Positions 39,453 to 49,293 of a stretch of 64,000 nucleotides of DNA are shown one piece after another. How positions within the stretch are numbered: position 1 is the first letter of the stretch; every line of letters begins with the position of its first letter. The position numbers were made by a program, and so were the translations under genes. The stretch covers positions 96,001 to 160,000 of the forward strand of contig CBDFMQ010000002.1 in NCBI GenBank assembly GCA_965249725.1. Direction: 5' to 3'. This DNA comes from Longimicrobiales bacterium. GTDB taxonomy: Bacteria; Gemmatimonadota; Gemmatimonadetes; Longimicrobiales; Gaopeijiaceae. Below the pieces are notes generated by a model that ran no database searches, had not been told where the DNA came from, and saw only the letters and a program-made list of their open reading frames with translations.

Positions 39453-40022
39453 CTACATACCGGGTCCCGACCTGTGTACCGAGCGGACCGTGACCAGTAG
39501 CATCGTGATCAGCAGAAAGGCCGCACCCGCCATCACGGGAATCGTGACGAAGCCGAACACGGCGACGTACCTGCCGGAACACGGCGGACCTGCCCCACAC
39601 GGGACGAGATCCAACGAAGGCCGGTGCTGCACCACGATGTGATACCCCGAAATGAGGAGGCCGATCACCGGGAGCGGGAGCGCGAAGCGCCAGACGCCTC
39701 CGTCCCCGGCGAGCATGCCCGCGCCCAGCACGAGCACGAGCGGATACATGGCGATTCTCTGATACCAGCACAGCGAGCATGGCACGAAGCCCACGCCCTC
39801 CGAGAAGTAGAGGCTTCCCGACGTCGCGACCAGGGCGAGAAACCAAGCCCATGCGATGGGATGCCGCTCACGGCCACCGAGCGTGGATTGCAGTCCCGAC
39901 CGCGCGTTGGGCAAGAGCAGCGCCACCGCGAGCGCGAGGGCCGTGACCGTAGAGAGCAGCGCGAGCGCGCCGAGGGTCTGAACGATGGCTGTGTACACGG
40001 TCGGGCTCCAAACTGAGTCCAA
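39453..40022 (-). CDS. dsbB: Disulfide bond formation protein B (DsbB/BdbC-like)
   Basis: GSLYFSE..FVPCSLCWYQRIAMYP; second Cys pair PC....PC; TTG start. Confidence 0.9.
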   Translation of the reverse strand: MDSVWSPTVYTAIVQTLGALALLSTVTALALAVALLLPNARSGLQSTLGGRERHPIAWAWFLALVATSGSLYFSEGVGFVPCSLCWYQRIAMYPLVLVLGAGMLAGDGGVWRFALPLPVIGLLISGYHIVVQHRPSLDLVPCGAGPPCSGRYVAVFGFVTIPVMAGAAFLLITMLLVTVRSVHRSGPGM

Positions 40023-40279
40023 GCTCAGTCGAGACTCGGTGCGTATCAGGACTCTCAGAATGGCGGACTGTCACCGTAAAGAATAGTCGTGGACGTCGCG
40101 GACCAGAAGCGGGGCCAGGGCGTCTGCCACTCGGCTCTCCTGCCCCTGACCTGGCGGCTGCCCCCTTCGGGAGATGCCCAGCAGCAAAGATGCTCATATA
40201 ATGCAGGCCTTCCGCCTGATACTCCTGAAGCGGTCCAGAACAGGTGTTCGGCCGTGAGTGCAACAAAGCGAGGTGAATC

Positions 40280-41599
40280 ATGATGAAGCCGACTGTTCTG
40301 ACATCTGCCGGCGCCCTGTTGGGCTTGGCGGCTCTCCTCACTGCGAGCCCGGTGCTGGCTCAGGAGGACGCGGAGAAGCGGGGGAGCGACAATGTCGAAG
40401 TCGTGGCGCACATCCCCCTCGGACCGAGTGTGTCCGACATCGAGGTCGAGCAAGACATGGACCGGCCTTACGCCTATGTGGCGAAACAGGATGGCGGTCT
40501 GGACATCATCGACCTGCACGACCCGTACGATGCGAAGGTGCTCCACCGTTGGCGCTTCGACGACATGGACATCCATGTCGGATCCGCCGGCAAGGATATC
40601 AAGATCTTCGAGTACAACGGCCGGAACTACGTCGTCCATTCTGTTCAGTTCCGTCAGGGCGGACCGGATGCGGACCTCGGAGCCGTCGTTTTCGACGCCA
40701 CGGGCCTACCCGACGTCTCGACCTGGAAAGAAGTGGGCCGCATCCAGGGTCCCGGTGAGCTCGGTGGCTTCCACAACATCTACGTCTATCGGCACAGCAA
40801 CGGCCGCCCGCTCCTCATCTCCACCGTGTCGGGACCGTTCGCCAATGTCTACGACCTTGGATATGTCGTGGACGGACGGCTCGACGAAGCGCTCGTCGCG
40901 CAGATTCCCGTTCCGGCGAATGACTCCGATCGGCCCGGACCCCGCGGGTACCACGACTTCTACGCCGGATTCCATCCGGACAGTGAGCAGGACCGCTTCT
41001 ACGGGGGCGGCACCGGAGGCTTCTACGTCTATAACATCACCGACCTGGAGAACCCGGAGCTCATGGTGACCCTCACGGGCGTCAGCGGAGTGGATTGGGG
41101 CCATACCTTCACTCCGTCGCCCGACGGTCGTTATGTCGTGGGTGAGGTGGAGTACCAGTACGCTCCGCTTCGGATCTTCGACCTCAAGCCGGCCCTGGAC
41201 GGTGAGGTCTCGAACATTCGCCGCCCGATCTCAGCCTGGACCGCCAACTGGGAGAACCTGTCGCACAACCACGAAGTGCGTTGGCCCTTCGTCTTCGTGT
41301 CGGGCTATCTGGACGGCATGCAGGTCTTCACGCTGTCCGATCCCAAGCATCCGAAGACGGTCGCCCACTACGACACGTACCTCGAGCCTGAGGACAACCG
41401 TGGCATGGGCGGCAACTGGGGTGTCGACGTGAGGAACGCCGACGGCCTGATCGTGTCGTCGGACTCGCAGACCGGCTTCTGGGCCTTCAAGATGGACGGG
41501 TTCAACGGCTGGAACGGACTCGACTGGGGTCAGCCCAACATCTCGAGTGCTCAGGACTGGGTGAACGGCCCGGCCTACCAGGCGGTGACTCGCTACTAG
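40280..41599 (+). CDS. LVIVD-repeat-like secreted beta-propeller protein
   Basis: Signal peptide; GLDIIDLHDP, GFHN, GYHD, WGHT, SHNH, GMQVFTLSDP, WGVD. Confidence 0.85.
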   Translation: MMKPTVLTSAGALLGLAALLTASPVLAQEDAEKRGSDNVEVVAHIPLGPSVSDIEVEQDMDRPYAYVAKQDGGLDIIDLHDPYDAKVLHRWRFDDMDIHVGSAGKDIKIFEYNGRNYVVHSVQFRQGGPDADLGAVVFDATGLPDVSTWKEVGRIQGPGELGGFHNIYVYRHSNGRPLLISTVSGPFANVYDLGYVVDGRLDEALVAQIPVPANDSDRPGPRGYHDFYAGFHPDSEQDRFYGGGTGGFYVYNITDLENPELMVTLTGVSGVDWGHTFTPSPDGRYVVGEVEYQYAPLRIFDLKPALDGEVSNIRRPISAWTANWENLSHNHEVRWPFVFVSGYLDGMQVFTLSDPKHPKTVAHYDTYLEPEDNRGMGGNWGVDVRNADGLIVSSDSQTGFWAFKMDGFNGWNGLDWGQPNISSAQDWVNGPAYQAVTRY

Positions 41600-43750
41600 A
41601 TGGTCGGTGCTCTCCTACTTGCAGTACTGAGCCTTCCGCAGGCCGGGGGTGTCGCGCAGACGCCTCCGGCTGCGGAGCTCTGCCCGAGGGACGCGAACGC
41701 GTGGACCGTGCCGGCGTGGAGCGCGTATTGTACGGACCTGATCCCGGTCCCGACGCTGCGCTATGCGTACGGGATTCTCGAGATGCGGGGCCTGCCGACC
41801 CCGTTCGATGTCTCGGTCACCAGGGACGGTAACTACGTCTATGAGCTGACCGCGCTGGTGGACGGCCTTCCCGCGCCCGAGACGCTCGGCGACTACAGCG
41901 TGTACGTGGCCTGGGCCACCACGCTCCTGCTCGGAAACCCGATCAATTTGGGCGTCGTGACAAACGGTCGGGTCGATCTCGGGACGCTGGACTACGATCA
42001 GTTCCGGATTCTGATCAGTGCTGAGCCGAGCGCCGACGTGCCGGATCGCACGGGTCCCCTGGTGCTTCGAGGCACGTCCCCGAGCGCCCAGGCGCAGCAG
42101 CACCAGGACGCGCTCATGTTCCCGCCGTCCGACATGGACCACTCGGGCAGCGGCTGGAGGGCTCCGCCCATGGCGCCGGCGTCACCGATGATGCCGGGGC
42201 TCATGGGGTTGGTACCGGTCGTGGAGCCTTTCCTGCCGGGGTTGGAGGCCGAGGCGGGTCCCGTGCCGCGCGTCGAGCCCCCGGGGTCGGTGACCCTTGC
42301 CGATGGGGACACGCTTCGGCTCGAGGCCGCTCCGGTCCGGGCGAGCATTGGCGGCCATGACCTCGGCCTGTACGGATTCAACGGGCAGAGCCCGGGGCCC
42401 GTGCTCAGCGTCCAACAGGGTTCCGAGATCGTCGTGGCGTTCACCAACTCCACGGCTCTATCCACGACGCTGAGATGGCACGGAGTGCGCTTGGAAAACC
42501 GCTTCGACGGTGTTCCCGGACTCACCCAGCGGCCGGTGCGCCCGGGCGACACGTATACCGCGCATGTCCGCTTTCCGGACCCTGGCGTTTTCTGGTACCA
42601 CCCGCATCAGCGGGGTGACGCTGCCCAGGATCTGGGACTCTATGGCGCGATCCTCGTGGAGCCCGACGATGGGGACTACTACGCTGATGTGAACCGCGAA
42701 GAGGTGCTGATCCTCGACGATCTCCTGATCGACGACCAGGGCCTCATCCCGTGGGGGAGCGAAACACCCACGCATGCCTTGATGGGGCGCTTCGGCACGC
42801 AGGTCCTGTTGAACGGTCGGACGGACCACGAGATCTCGGTCGACCGTGGCGACGTGGCGCGGTTCTTCTTGGTGAACGCCTCCAACACGCGGGTCTTCAA
42901 CATGGCCTTGGGCGGGGCACCGATGAAGGTGGTCGCAGGGGACCTGGGCCGGTTCGAACGCGAGGAATGGGTGGAGAGCGTGGTGATCGCCCCGGGCCAA
43001 CGCTACGTCATCGAGGCCCGCTTCGAGGACCCGGGCGACGTCGCCATCACGAACCGGGTGAGCGCTCTCAACCACTATGCGGGTGTCTTCTACGCCAAGG
43101 TGGATACGCTGGGCGTCGTGCGCGTGGGGACCGAACAGACCACGCGGGATTACTCCCGGTCGTTCTCTCGGCTGAGGGAGAATGACGATGTCATCGGAGA
43201 CATCGACCGATTCCGCCCGTACTTCGACAAGCCGGTCGACCACAACCTGGAGCTGCGGTTGGTGGTCCAGGATCTAGCCCCCGTGCTCGACATGGCGATC
43301 CGAAGCTCCACGTATTCGCCGCCCATGGAGTGGAATGACGCCATGCCGGTGATGAACTGGCTTACGACCGGGCTCACCGTGAGGTGGGTCCTCAACGAGC
43401 CGACGCCCGAGGACGACCCGGGCGCCGACGACGAGGACCTCGCCCCGGCGACGGGCTGGCGCTTCACCCAGGGGGACGTGGCGAAGATCCGCATCGTGAA
43501 CCCGGGAAGCGGCGTCCACCCGATGAACCATCCGATGCATCTGCACGGTCAGAGGTTCCTGGTGATCGAGCGTAACGGAGTGAGAACGACCAACCTCGTG
43601 TGGAAGGACACGGCCGTGATCCCGGTGGGGTCCACGGTGGATCTCCTGGTGGACATGTCCAACCCGGGGAACTGGATGCTCAACTGTCAGATTCCCGAGC
43701 ACATGGGCTCGGGAATGGCGATTTCGTTTGCGGTGGATCCCGCGCCTTAG
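41600..43750 (+). CDS. Multicopper oxidase homologue with degenerate T2/T3 ligands and N-terminal extra domain
   Basis: FNGQSPGP, TLRWHG, FWYHPH, HPMHLHG, WMLNCQIPEHMGSGM. Confidence 0.88.
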   Translation: MVGALLLAVLSLPQAGGVAQTPPAAELCPRDANAWTVPAWSAYCTDLIPVPTLRYAYGILEMRGLPTPFDVSVTRDGNYVYELTALVDGLPAPETLGDYSVYVAWATTLLLGNPINLGVVTNGRVDLGTLDYDQFRILISAEPSADVPDRTGPLVLRGTSPSAQAQQHQDALMFPPSDMDHSGSGWRAPPMAPASPMMPGLMGLVPVVEPFLPGLEAEAGPVPRVEPPGSVTLADGDTLRLEAAPVRASIGGHDLGLYGFNGQSPGPVLSVQQGSEIVVAFTNSTALSTTLRWHGVRLENRFDGVPGLTQRPVRPGDTYTAHVRFPDPGVFWYHPHQRGDAAQDLGLYGAILVEPDDGDYYADVNREEVLILDDLLIDDQGLIPWGSETPTHALMGRFGTQVLLNGRTDHEISVDRGDVARFFLVNASNTRVFNMALGGAPMKVVAGDLGRFEREEWVESVVIAPGQRYVIEARFEDPGDVAITNRVSALNHYAGVFYAKVDTLGVVRVGTEQTTRDYSRSFSRLRENDDVIGDIDRFRPYFDKPVDHNLELRLVVQDLAPVLDMAIRSSTYSPPMEWNDAMPVMNWLTTGLTVRWVLNEPTPEDDPGADDEDLAPATGWRFTQGDVAKIRIVNPGSGVHPMNHPMHLHGQRFLVIERNGVRTTNLVWKDTAVIPVGSTVDLLVDMSNPGNWMLNCQIPEHMGSGMAISFAVDPAP

Positions 43751-43764
43751 GCCGGAGGAACAGG

Positions 43765-45210
43765 ATGATGATGAAGCGATTGGAGCGGGGGCTCGTGTTC
43801 GCGGTGATCGGACTGCTGGCGAACGGATTGTCCGGGGTGGAGGTCGCCGCGCAGGCGCCCAACCTCGTCCGGACGGACGCATCAGTAGTGGCGCTAAACC
43901 ATGTGGCCGTCATCGACGGTACAGGCGCCGAGGCGGTCGAGGACCAGACGGTGCTCATCCGAGACGGTGACATCGAGGCGGTTGGCGCGTTCGGATCGGT
44001 GCCGGTCCCCCCCGGAGCCGAGACGTTCGATCTCTCCGGTCACACCGTCATGCCGGGCATCGTGGGCCTCCACGACCACATGTACCTCTCGTCGAACATG
44101 GGCAGCATGAGGCCTCAATTGGCCACGTATCCCATGCTTTTCTTGGCCAGCGGCGTCACGACCATCCGCACCACGGGGAGCGTGGATCCGTATCAAGAGC
44201 TGAACATGAAGGCGGCCATCGCCGAAGGGTCACGAATCGGTCCGGAGATCTTCGTGACGGGGCCGTATCTGCAGGGGCCGACCTCCCCGGTGGGCGTCAT
44301 GCACGAGCTCCAGGACGAGGAGGACGCGCGCCGCCTGGTTCGGTATTGGGCGCAGGAGGGCGTCAGCTGGTTCAAGGCGTACACGACCATCACACGGGCA
44401 CAGCTCGGCGCCGCCATCGACGAGGCCCACAAGTACGGCGTGAAGGTCACGGCGCACCTCTGTTCGGTGACGTTCCGTGAGGCGGTCGACCTGGACATCG
44501 ATCATCTGGAGCACGGATTCGACACCGATCTACAGTACTTCCCGGGCAAGCAGCCCGATGAATGTCCGCTCAACAGCGCCGAGTCCTATCAGGAAATGCA
44601 GGAGACCTACGCGGCGATAGACATCGAGGAGCCGCGGGTCCAGGCCACCATCTCGCACATGATCGAGGCCGGAGTGGGGCTGACGTCGACGCTGGCCGTC
44701 AACGAGATCGGAAAGCCCTCGTTCTACGAATTGGACCGGCGCGTGCTGGACGTGCTCCACCCCGAGATCGCCGAGTGGGTCGAGGAGCAGTACGAGGCCC
44801 GCAAGCCGGAGGCGACCGAGACCGGCGCCCAGATGATGAACCGGCTCTGGGAGTTCGAGAAGTCGTTCTACGACCAAGGGGGACTGCTGACCGCCGGGTC
44901 GGATCCCTGCTGCGTGTGGGTGATCGCAGGGTTCGGTGACCAGCGTAACTACGAGTTGCTCGCAGGGCGCGGTGGGTTCACGGCCGGCCAGGCGGTGCAG
45001 GTCATGACCTACAACGGTGCGCGAGCGCTTGGGATCGACGATCGGGTAGGGAGGATCCAGCCCGGGATGCAGGCAGATCTGATCGTGCTGGAGGGGGCTC
45101 TGGCCGAGGATCCCTCGGTGATCAAGAACACACGTTATGTCTTCCGGAAGGGCGTGGGCTACGACTCGCCGGCGATTCTGGATTTCTTGAAGGGCAGGGT
45201 GGGGAGGTAG
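43765..45210 (+). CDS. Secreted amidohydrolase-family protein
   Basis: PGIVGLHDH, SGVTTIRT, WFKAY, TAHL, LEHG, AGSD, ADLIVL. Confidence 0.88.
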   Translation: MMMKRLERGLVFAVIGLLANGLSGVEVAAQAPNLVRTDASVVALNHVAVIDGTGAEAVEDQTVLIRDGDIEAVGAFGSVPVPPGAETFDLSGHTVMPGIVGLHDHMYLSSNMGSMRPQLATYPMLFLASGVTTIRTTGSVDPYQELNMKAAIAEGSRIGPEIFVTGPYLQGPTSPVGVMHELQDEEDARRLVRYWAQEGVSWFKAYTTITRAQLGAAIDEAHKYGVKVTAHLCSVTFREAVDLDIDHLEHGFDTDLQYFPGKQPDECPLNSAESYQEMQETYAAIDIEEPRVQATISHMIEAGVGLTSTLAVNEIGKPSFYELDRRVLDVLHPEIAEWVEEQYEARKPEATETGAQMMNRLWEFEKSFYDQGGLLTAGSDPCCVWVIAGFGDQRNYELLAGRGGFTAGQAVQVMTYNGARALGIDDRVGRIQPGMQADLIVLEGALAEDPSVIKNTRYVFRKGVGYDSPAILDFLKGRVGR

Positions 45211-45827
45211 TGACCACCAGAGTCCTCGAGGTCTTTACGGACTTCGTCTGACCTTGGTGCTACTTGAGCGCCGGGCGCGTTCGGAAGCTGGAAGCCGAGT
45301 ACGATCTCGACGTCCGCTACACCTATTTCCCGCTGCACCCCGAGACTCCCGTAGAGGGGCGGCTCCTTGCCGACTTGTTCGCCGGCCGCAGCGAGGCCGC
45401 GTTGCAGGCCATGAAGTCACGGCTGGCCGGCTTCATGGACCAGGAGGGCCTGGAGTACGGGGATCGCACGCGCACCTACAACAGCCGAGTCGCTCAGGAG
45501 CTGGCCGTGTGGGGCGACGACGAGGGCGTGACGGATGCACTGCACGACGCGCTTTTTCGCGCCTACTTCGTCGAAAACCGAAACCTGGCCGAGACGGATG
45601 TGCTTGCGGACGCGGCGACGTCGGCGGGGCTGGACGGAGAGCGGGCCCGGTCCATCGCCGAGGATCGCGCTTACCGAGGGGCGGTCGACGACCACTGGAA
45701 ACGCGCCACTGACATGGGAGTGACCGGGGTGCCCACCTTCGTATCGGAGGGGTTCGGGGTAGTGGGCGCACAGCCGTACGACGTCCTCGAGGAGCTGGCG
45801 AGCAGGGTAGGGGCGGTGCAGCGTTGA
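45210..45827 (+). CDS. DsbA/FrnE-family oxidoreductase, predicted selenoprotein (U-P-W-C)
   Basis: GTG 45210: MTTRVLEVFTDFV-TGA(45249-51)-PWCY...FPLHP...GVTGVPTF...GAQPY; SECIS-like hairpin at 45263-45287. Confidence 0.85.
45263..45287 (+). promoter_or_regulatory. Putative bacterial SECIS element
   Basis: CTT-GAGCGC-[CGGGC]-GCGTTC-GG-AAG folds into a hairpin with a G-rich loop starting 12 nt after the UGA. Confidence 0.6.
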
Positions 45828-45858
45828 GTGGAGCGCTCGTGGTTAGCGGAGCAGTGCG

Positions 45859-46407
45859 GTGTCCGGGATCCGAGATCGGCGGGACCCGGACTTGAGTCTC
45901 CACGGAAAGCTCGCCGCCGCGTGGGGCGTCGGTGGTATCGTCCTCTTGCTCGCCGACGCCATCTACCGGCTGACGCCCCTCGCGATCGAGACGTTCGATA
46001 GCGCCTTGGGCGTCCTGCACTGGGGTGCCTTGGTGGTTTGGGCGGCCGCGATGTTGGTCATGGAGGGATACATGGGCTTCCAGCGGTCCTTCTCTCCTCG
46101 CTTCGCAGCCCGTGCCCGGTACCTGGCGGAACATCCGAACTTGGTACGATCGCTCTTCGCCCCCTTCTTCTGCATGGGGTACTTCCATGCCACCCGCGGC
46201 GTGCAGATCCGGTCGATTCTGCTGACGATCGGCATCGTGGCCCTCGTGGTGGGTGTACGGCGGGTGGATCAGCCGTGGCGCGGAATCATCGACCTGGGGG
46301 TTGTGCTCGGCCTGACCTGGGGCACCGTCAGCATCGCAGTGTTCAGCTACCTGGCGTTCGCGACCGAGGGGTTCGGCCACTCGCCGGAGACGCCGAAAGG
46401 CAAATAG
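45859..46407 (+). CDS. Hypothetical membrane protein
   Basis: About four TM segments; EGY.GFQR.FSPR and PWRGIID.GV look like conserved blocks. Confidence 0.7.
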   Translation: MSGIRDRRDPDLSLHGKLAAAWGVGGIVLLLADAIYRLTPLAIETFDSALGVLHWGALVVWAAAMLVMEGYMGFQRSFSPRFAARARYLAEHPNLVRSLFAPFFCMGYFHATRGVQIRSILLTIGIVALVVGVRRVDQPWRGIIDLGVVLGLTWGTVSIAVFSYLAFATEGFGHSPETPKGK

Positions 46408-46577
46408 ACCTCCGCCCCCACCCAGATTGCCGCATGGTGGGGAGCCCTGGCCCTTCCTTGTGGTTTCCTGAGACCGGACCACATGTTGTCCGCCACGACC
46501 GAGCCCGTAGGCCTCTGAGCGGGGTATCCGCCCCCGGCTTGCCCGGCACGTATATCGCCAATGAGCTGGAGCCCCCT

Positions 46578-49280
46578 ATGAGCGACACCATGGAACGCCT
46601 GAACGCTGCCCTCGAGGGCCGTTACGTCATCGAGGGCGAGCTCGGCGAGGGCGGTATGGCGACCGTCTACCTGGCCGACGATGTCAAACACGAGCGCAAG
46701 GTCGCCCTCAAGGTTCTCAAGCCCGAATTGGCCGCGGTGGTCGGCGCCGAGCGCTTCCTGGCCGAAATCAAGACCACGGCCAACCTGCAGCACCCCCACG
46801 TTCTACCGCTCTTCGACTCAGGCGAGGCGGACAGCTTTCTCTTCTACGTGATGCCGTACGTTCAGGGTGAGACGCTCGCGGACCGGATCGATCAGGAAAA
46901 GCAGCTTCCCGTCGACGAAGCCGTGCGCATCGCCATCGCTGTGGCCGGCGCGCTGGACCACGCGCATCGTGCGGGGGTCGTGCACCGGGACATCAAGCCG
47001 GCCAACATCTTGCTTCAGGATGGCCAGCCGGTGGTGGCCGACTTCGGGATCGCGCTGGCCGTGGGAGCGGCGGGGGGCTCACGCCTTACGGAGACCGGGC
47101 TGAGCATAGGTACGCCCTTCTACATGAGCCCCGAGCAGGCCACGGGCGACCAGGGCGTGGGTGCAGCGAGCGACACCTACGCGCTCGCCTGCGTGCTCTA
47201 CGAGCTGCTCGTCGGCGAGCCGCCTTACCTGGGCAACACCGCCCAGGCCGTGCTCGGCAAGATCATATCGGGCCGGCCGGTGGCGCCCACCGAGCACCGG
47301 TCGTCGATCCCAGCCAACGTGGACGCCGCGATCCGGAAGGCGCTGGAGAAGCTTCCGGCGGACCGGTTCACGTCGGCGCAGGACTTTGCCAAGGCGCTCG
47401 AGGACCCGGGCTATCGGCACGGGGAGTTGGCGGGTGCCGGGGCGAGCGTCGATGGTGATCGCTGGAAGCGGATAGCCATGGGGTTTGCGGCCGCGACGGT
47501 CGTGTTCGGTGGTGTGTCTGCGTACGCGCTGCTCCGGCCCGAGGCGCCCGCGCCGGTCAGCCGCTACAGCATCGCGCTGCCGGAATCGGAAGCGTTGGAC
47601 CGCGGGTTCGGCTCCGACATCGCGATCTCGCCCGACGGATCACGCTTCGTGTACGTCGGTGTCGACGACGACGAAGGGGACCGGCCACAGCTCTGGCTCC
47701 GGCGGCGGGATCAGCTTGGCGCCCTCGCGCTGCCGGGCACGAGCTCCGCCCAGCAGCCCACCTTCTCCCCTGACGGCGAGAGCGTGGCTTTCTTCACGTT
47801 CGGACCGAATTCGGTGAAGGTTGCCTCGCTCGGCGGTGGCCCTCCGCTCACGGTAGCGGACGAAGTACTTCAAACCGCAGGACTTACATGGGCGCCCGAC
47901 GGCTTCCTCTACCTCGACATGGTGGAAGGCCTGGGACGTGTTCCCCCCACCGGCGGCGAGATCACTCTCGTTACGACGCTCGGCGAAGCGGAGACCAGTC
48001 ACAGCTGGCCGGACGCGCTGCCCAACGGCCGGGGTGTGCTCTTCACGATTTTCCGTGAGCCTGTCACGGACCAATCTCAGTACGACATCGCGGTGATGGA
48101 CCTCGACTCCGGGGAGCACCAGGTCCTGGTGCGTGGCGTCTACGGTCGGTATGCCGCCCCGGGGCACCTGGTCTACGTCACGGCCGACGGCACGATGATG
48201 GCGGCGCCCTTCGACGCGGATCGCCTCGAGGTGACAGGCCCCGCAGTGTCCCTTACGGAGGGATTGGGCATTGGGAGGCTTGGCGGCACCAACCTCGCCC
48301 TGTCGAAGTCCGGCGACGCCATGTACGAGACCGGTACCGTGTCCGAGGGATTGCACGAGTTCACCTGGGTGACACGGTCCGGGGAGGCCATATCAGTGGA
48401 TTCCGGTTGGTCGTTCCGCCGAGGGGACGCGAATCGTGGATGGACTCTGTCGCCCGACGGGAGCCGCCTGGCGCTCCGGGCGCTCGCAGAGGACAACTAC
48501 GACATCTGGGTGAAGGAGCTGCCACGGGGGCCCCTGTCACGGCTCACGTTTCACGAGACCCAGGACAAGATGCCCCAGTGGACCCCGGACGGAGAGTCGG
48601 TCTTGTTCCTTTCCGATCGGCTGGAGTCCAATGACTTCGACTTGTGGACCAAGCGTGCCGACGGCACCGGCGAGGCCGAGCTCTTGTACGACTCCGAGAG
48701 TTCCATGGCGGAGGGATTTGTCAGCGAGGATGGGGAGTGGACCGTGTTGCGCGTCGCGGGAGTCGGTGGCGTCGCCGGCGGGCGCGACATCGTGGCCGTC
48801 CGGTCCGGAGGCGACGGAGAGACGTTGCCCCTACTTGTGGGAGAGTACGACGAGAGCTCCCCCCAGCTCTCCCCCGATGGCCGCTGGATGGCGTACCAAT
48901 CGAACGAAACGGGTCGGGACGAGATCTTCGTCCGCCCGTTCCCCGACGTGCAGAGCGGCAAGTGGCAGGTCTCCACGGACGGCGGGCGGGGGCCCGCGTG
49001 GGCGCACAGCGGACAGGAGATCTTCTACACCGTCCCCGCTGGTAGCCAGATGGTCGCCGCGAAGGTCTCAGCCGAGTCCGCGTTCCGGGTGGAGAGCCGA
49101 GAGACGCTCTTTTCCACCGCCGGATACACACTCGGCAACGTTACACGTCAATGGGACGTGACCGGAGACGATCAGCGATTCCTGATGGTCCGCCCATTCG
49201 GCGTAGACGAGGAGACCAGCAACCAGTTGATCGTGGTGGAGAACTTCACCGAGGAGCTGAAGCGACGGGTGCCGAATTGA
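46578..49280 (+). CDS. Ser/Thr protein kinase with TM and TolB-like (PD40) beta-propeller
   Basis: GEGGMATV, VALK, HRDIKPAN, DFG, YMSPEQ; repeated SPDG motifs. Confidence 0.93.
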   Translation: MSDTMERLNAALEGRYVIEGELGEGGMATVYLADDVKHERKVALKVLKPELAAVVGAERFLAEIKTTANLQHPHVLPLFDSGEADSFLFYVMPYVQGETLADRIDQEKQLPVDEAVRIAIAVAGALDHAHRAGVVHRDIKPANILLQDGQPVVADFGIALAVGAAGGSRLTETGLSIGTPFYMSPEQATGDQGVGAASDTYALACVLYELLVGEPPYLGNTAQAVLGKIISGRPVAPTEHRSSIPANVDAAIRKALEKLPADRFTSAQDFAKALEDPGYRHGELAGAGASVDGDRWKRIAMGFAAATVVFGGVSAYALLRPEAPAPVSRYSIALPESEALDRGFGSDIAISPDGSRFVYVGVDDDEGDRPQLWLRRRDQLGALALPGTSSAQQPTFSPDGESVAFFTFGPNSVKVASLGGGPPLTVADEVLQTAGLTWAPDGFLYLDMVEGLGRVPPTGGEITLVTTLGEAETSHSWPDALPNGRGVLFTIFREPVTDQSQYDIAVMDLDSGEHQVLVRGVYGRYAAPGHLVYVTADGTMMAAPFDADRLEVTGPAVSLTEGLGIGRLGGTNLALSKSGDAMYETGTVSEGLHEFTWVTRSGEAISVDSGWSFRRGDANRGWTLSPDGSRLALRALAEDNYDIWVKELPRGPLSRLTFHETQDKMPQWTPDGESVLFLSDRLESNDFDLWTKRADGTGEAELLYDSESSMAEGFVSEDGEWTVLRVAGVGGVAGGRDIVAVRSGGDGETLPLLVGEYDESSPQLSPDGRWMAYQSNETGRDEIFVRPFPDVQSGKWQVSTDGGRGPAWAHSGQEIFYTVPAGSQMVAAKVSAESAFRVESRETLFSTAGYTLGNVTRQWDVTGDDQRFLMVRPFGVDEETSNQLIVVENFTEELKRRVPN

Positions 49281-49293
49281 GGGGTGGGCCCGC

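Noticed and set aside
46038..46577. 180-aa N-terminal extension of the kinase
   Set aside because: Overlaps the membrane-protein gene in another frame; the family-typical start is MSDTMERL at 46578.
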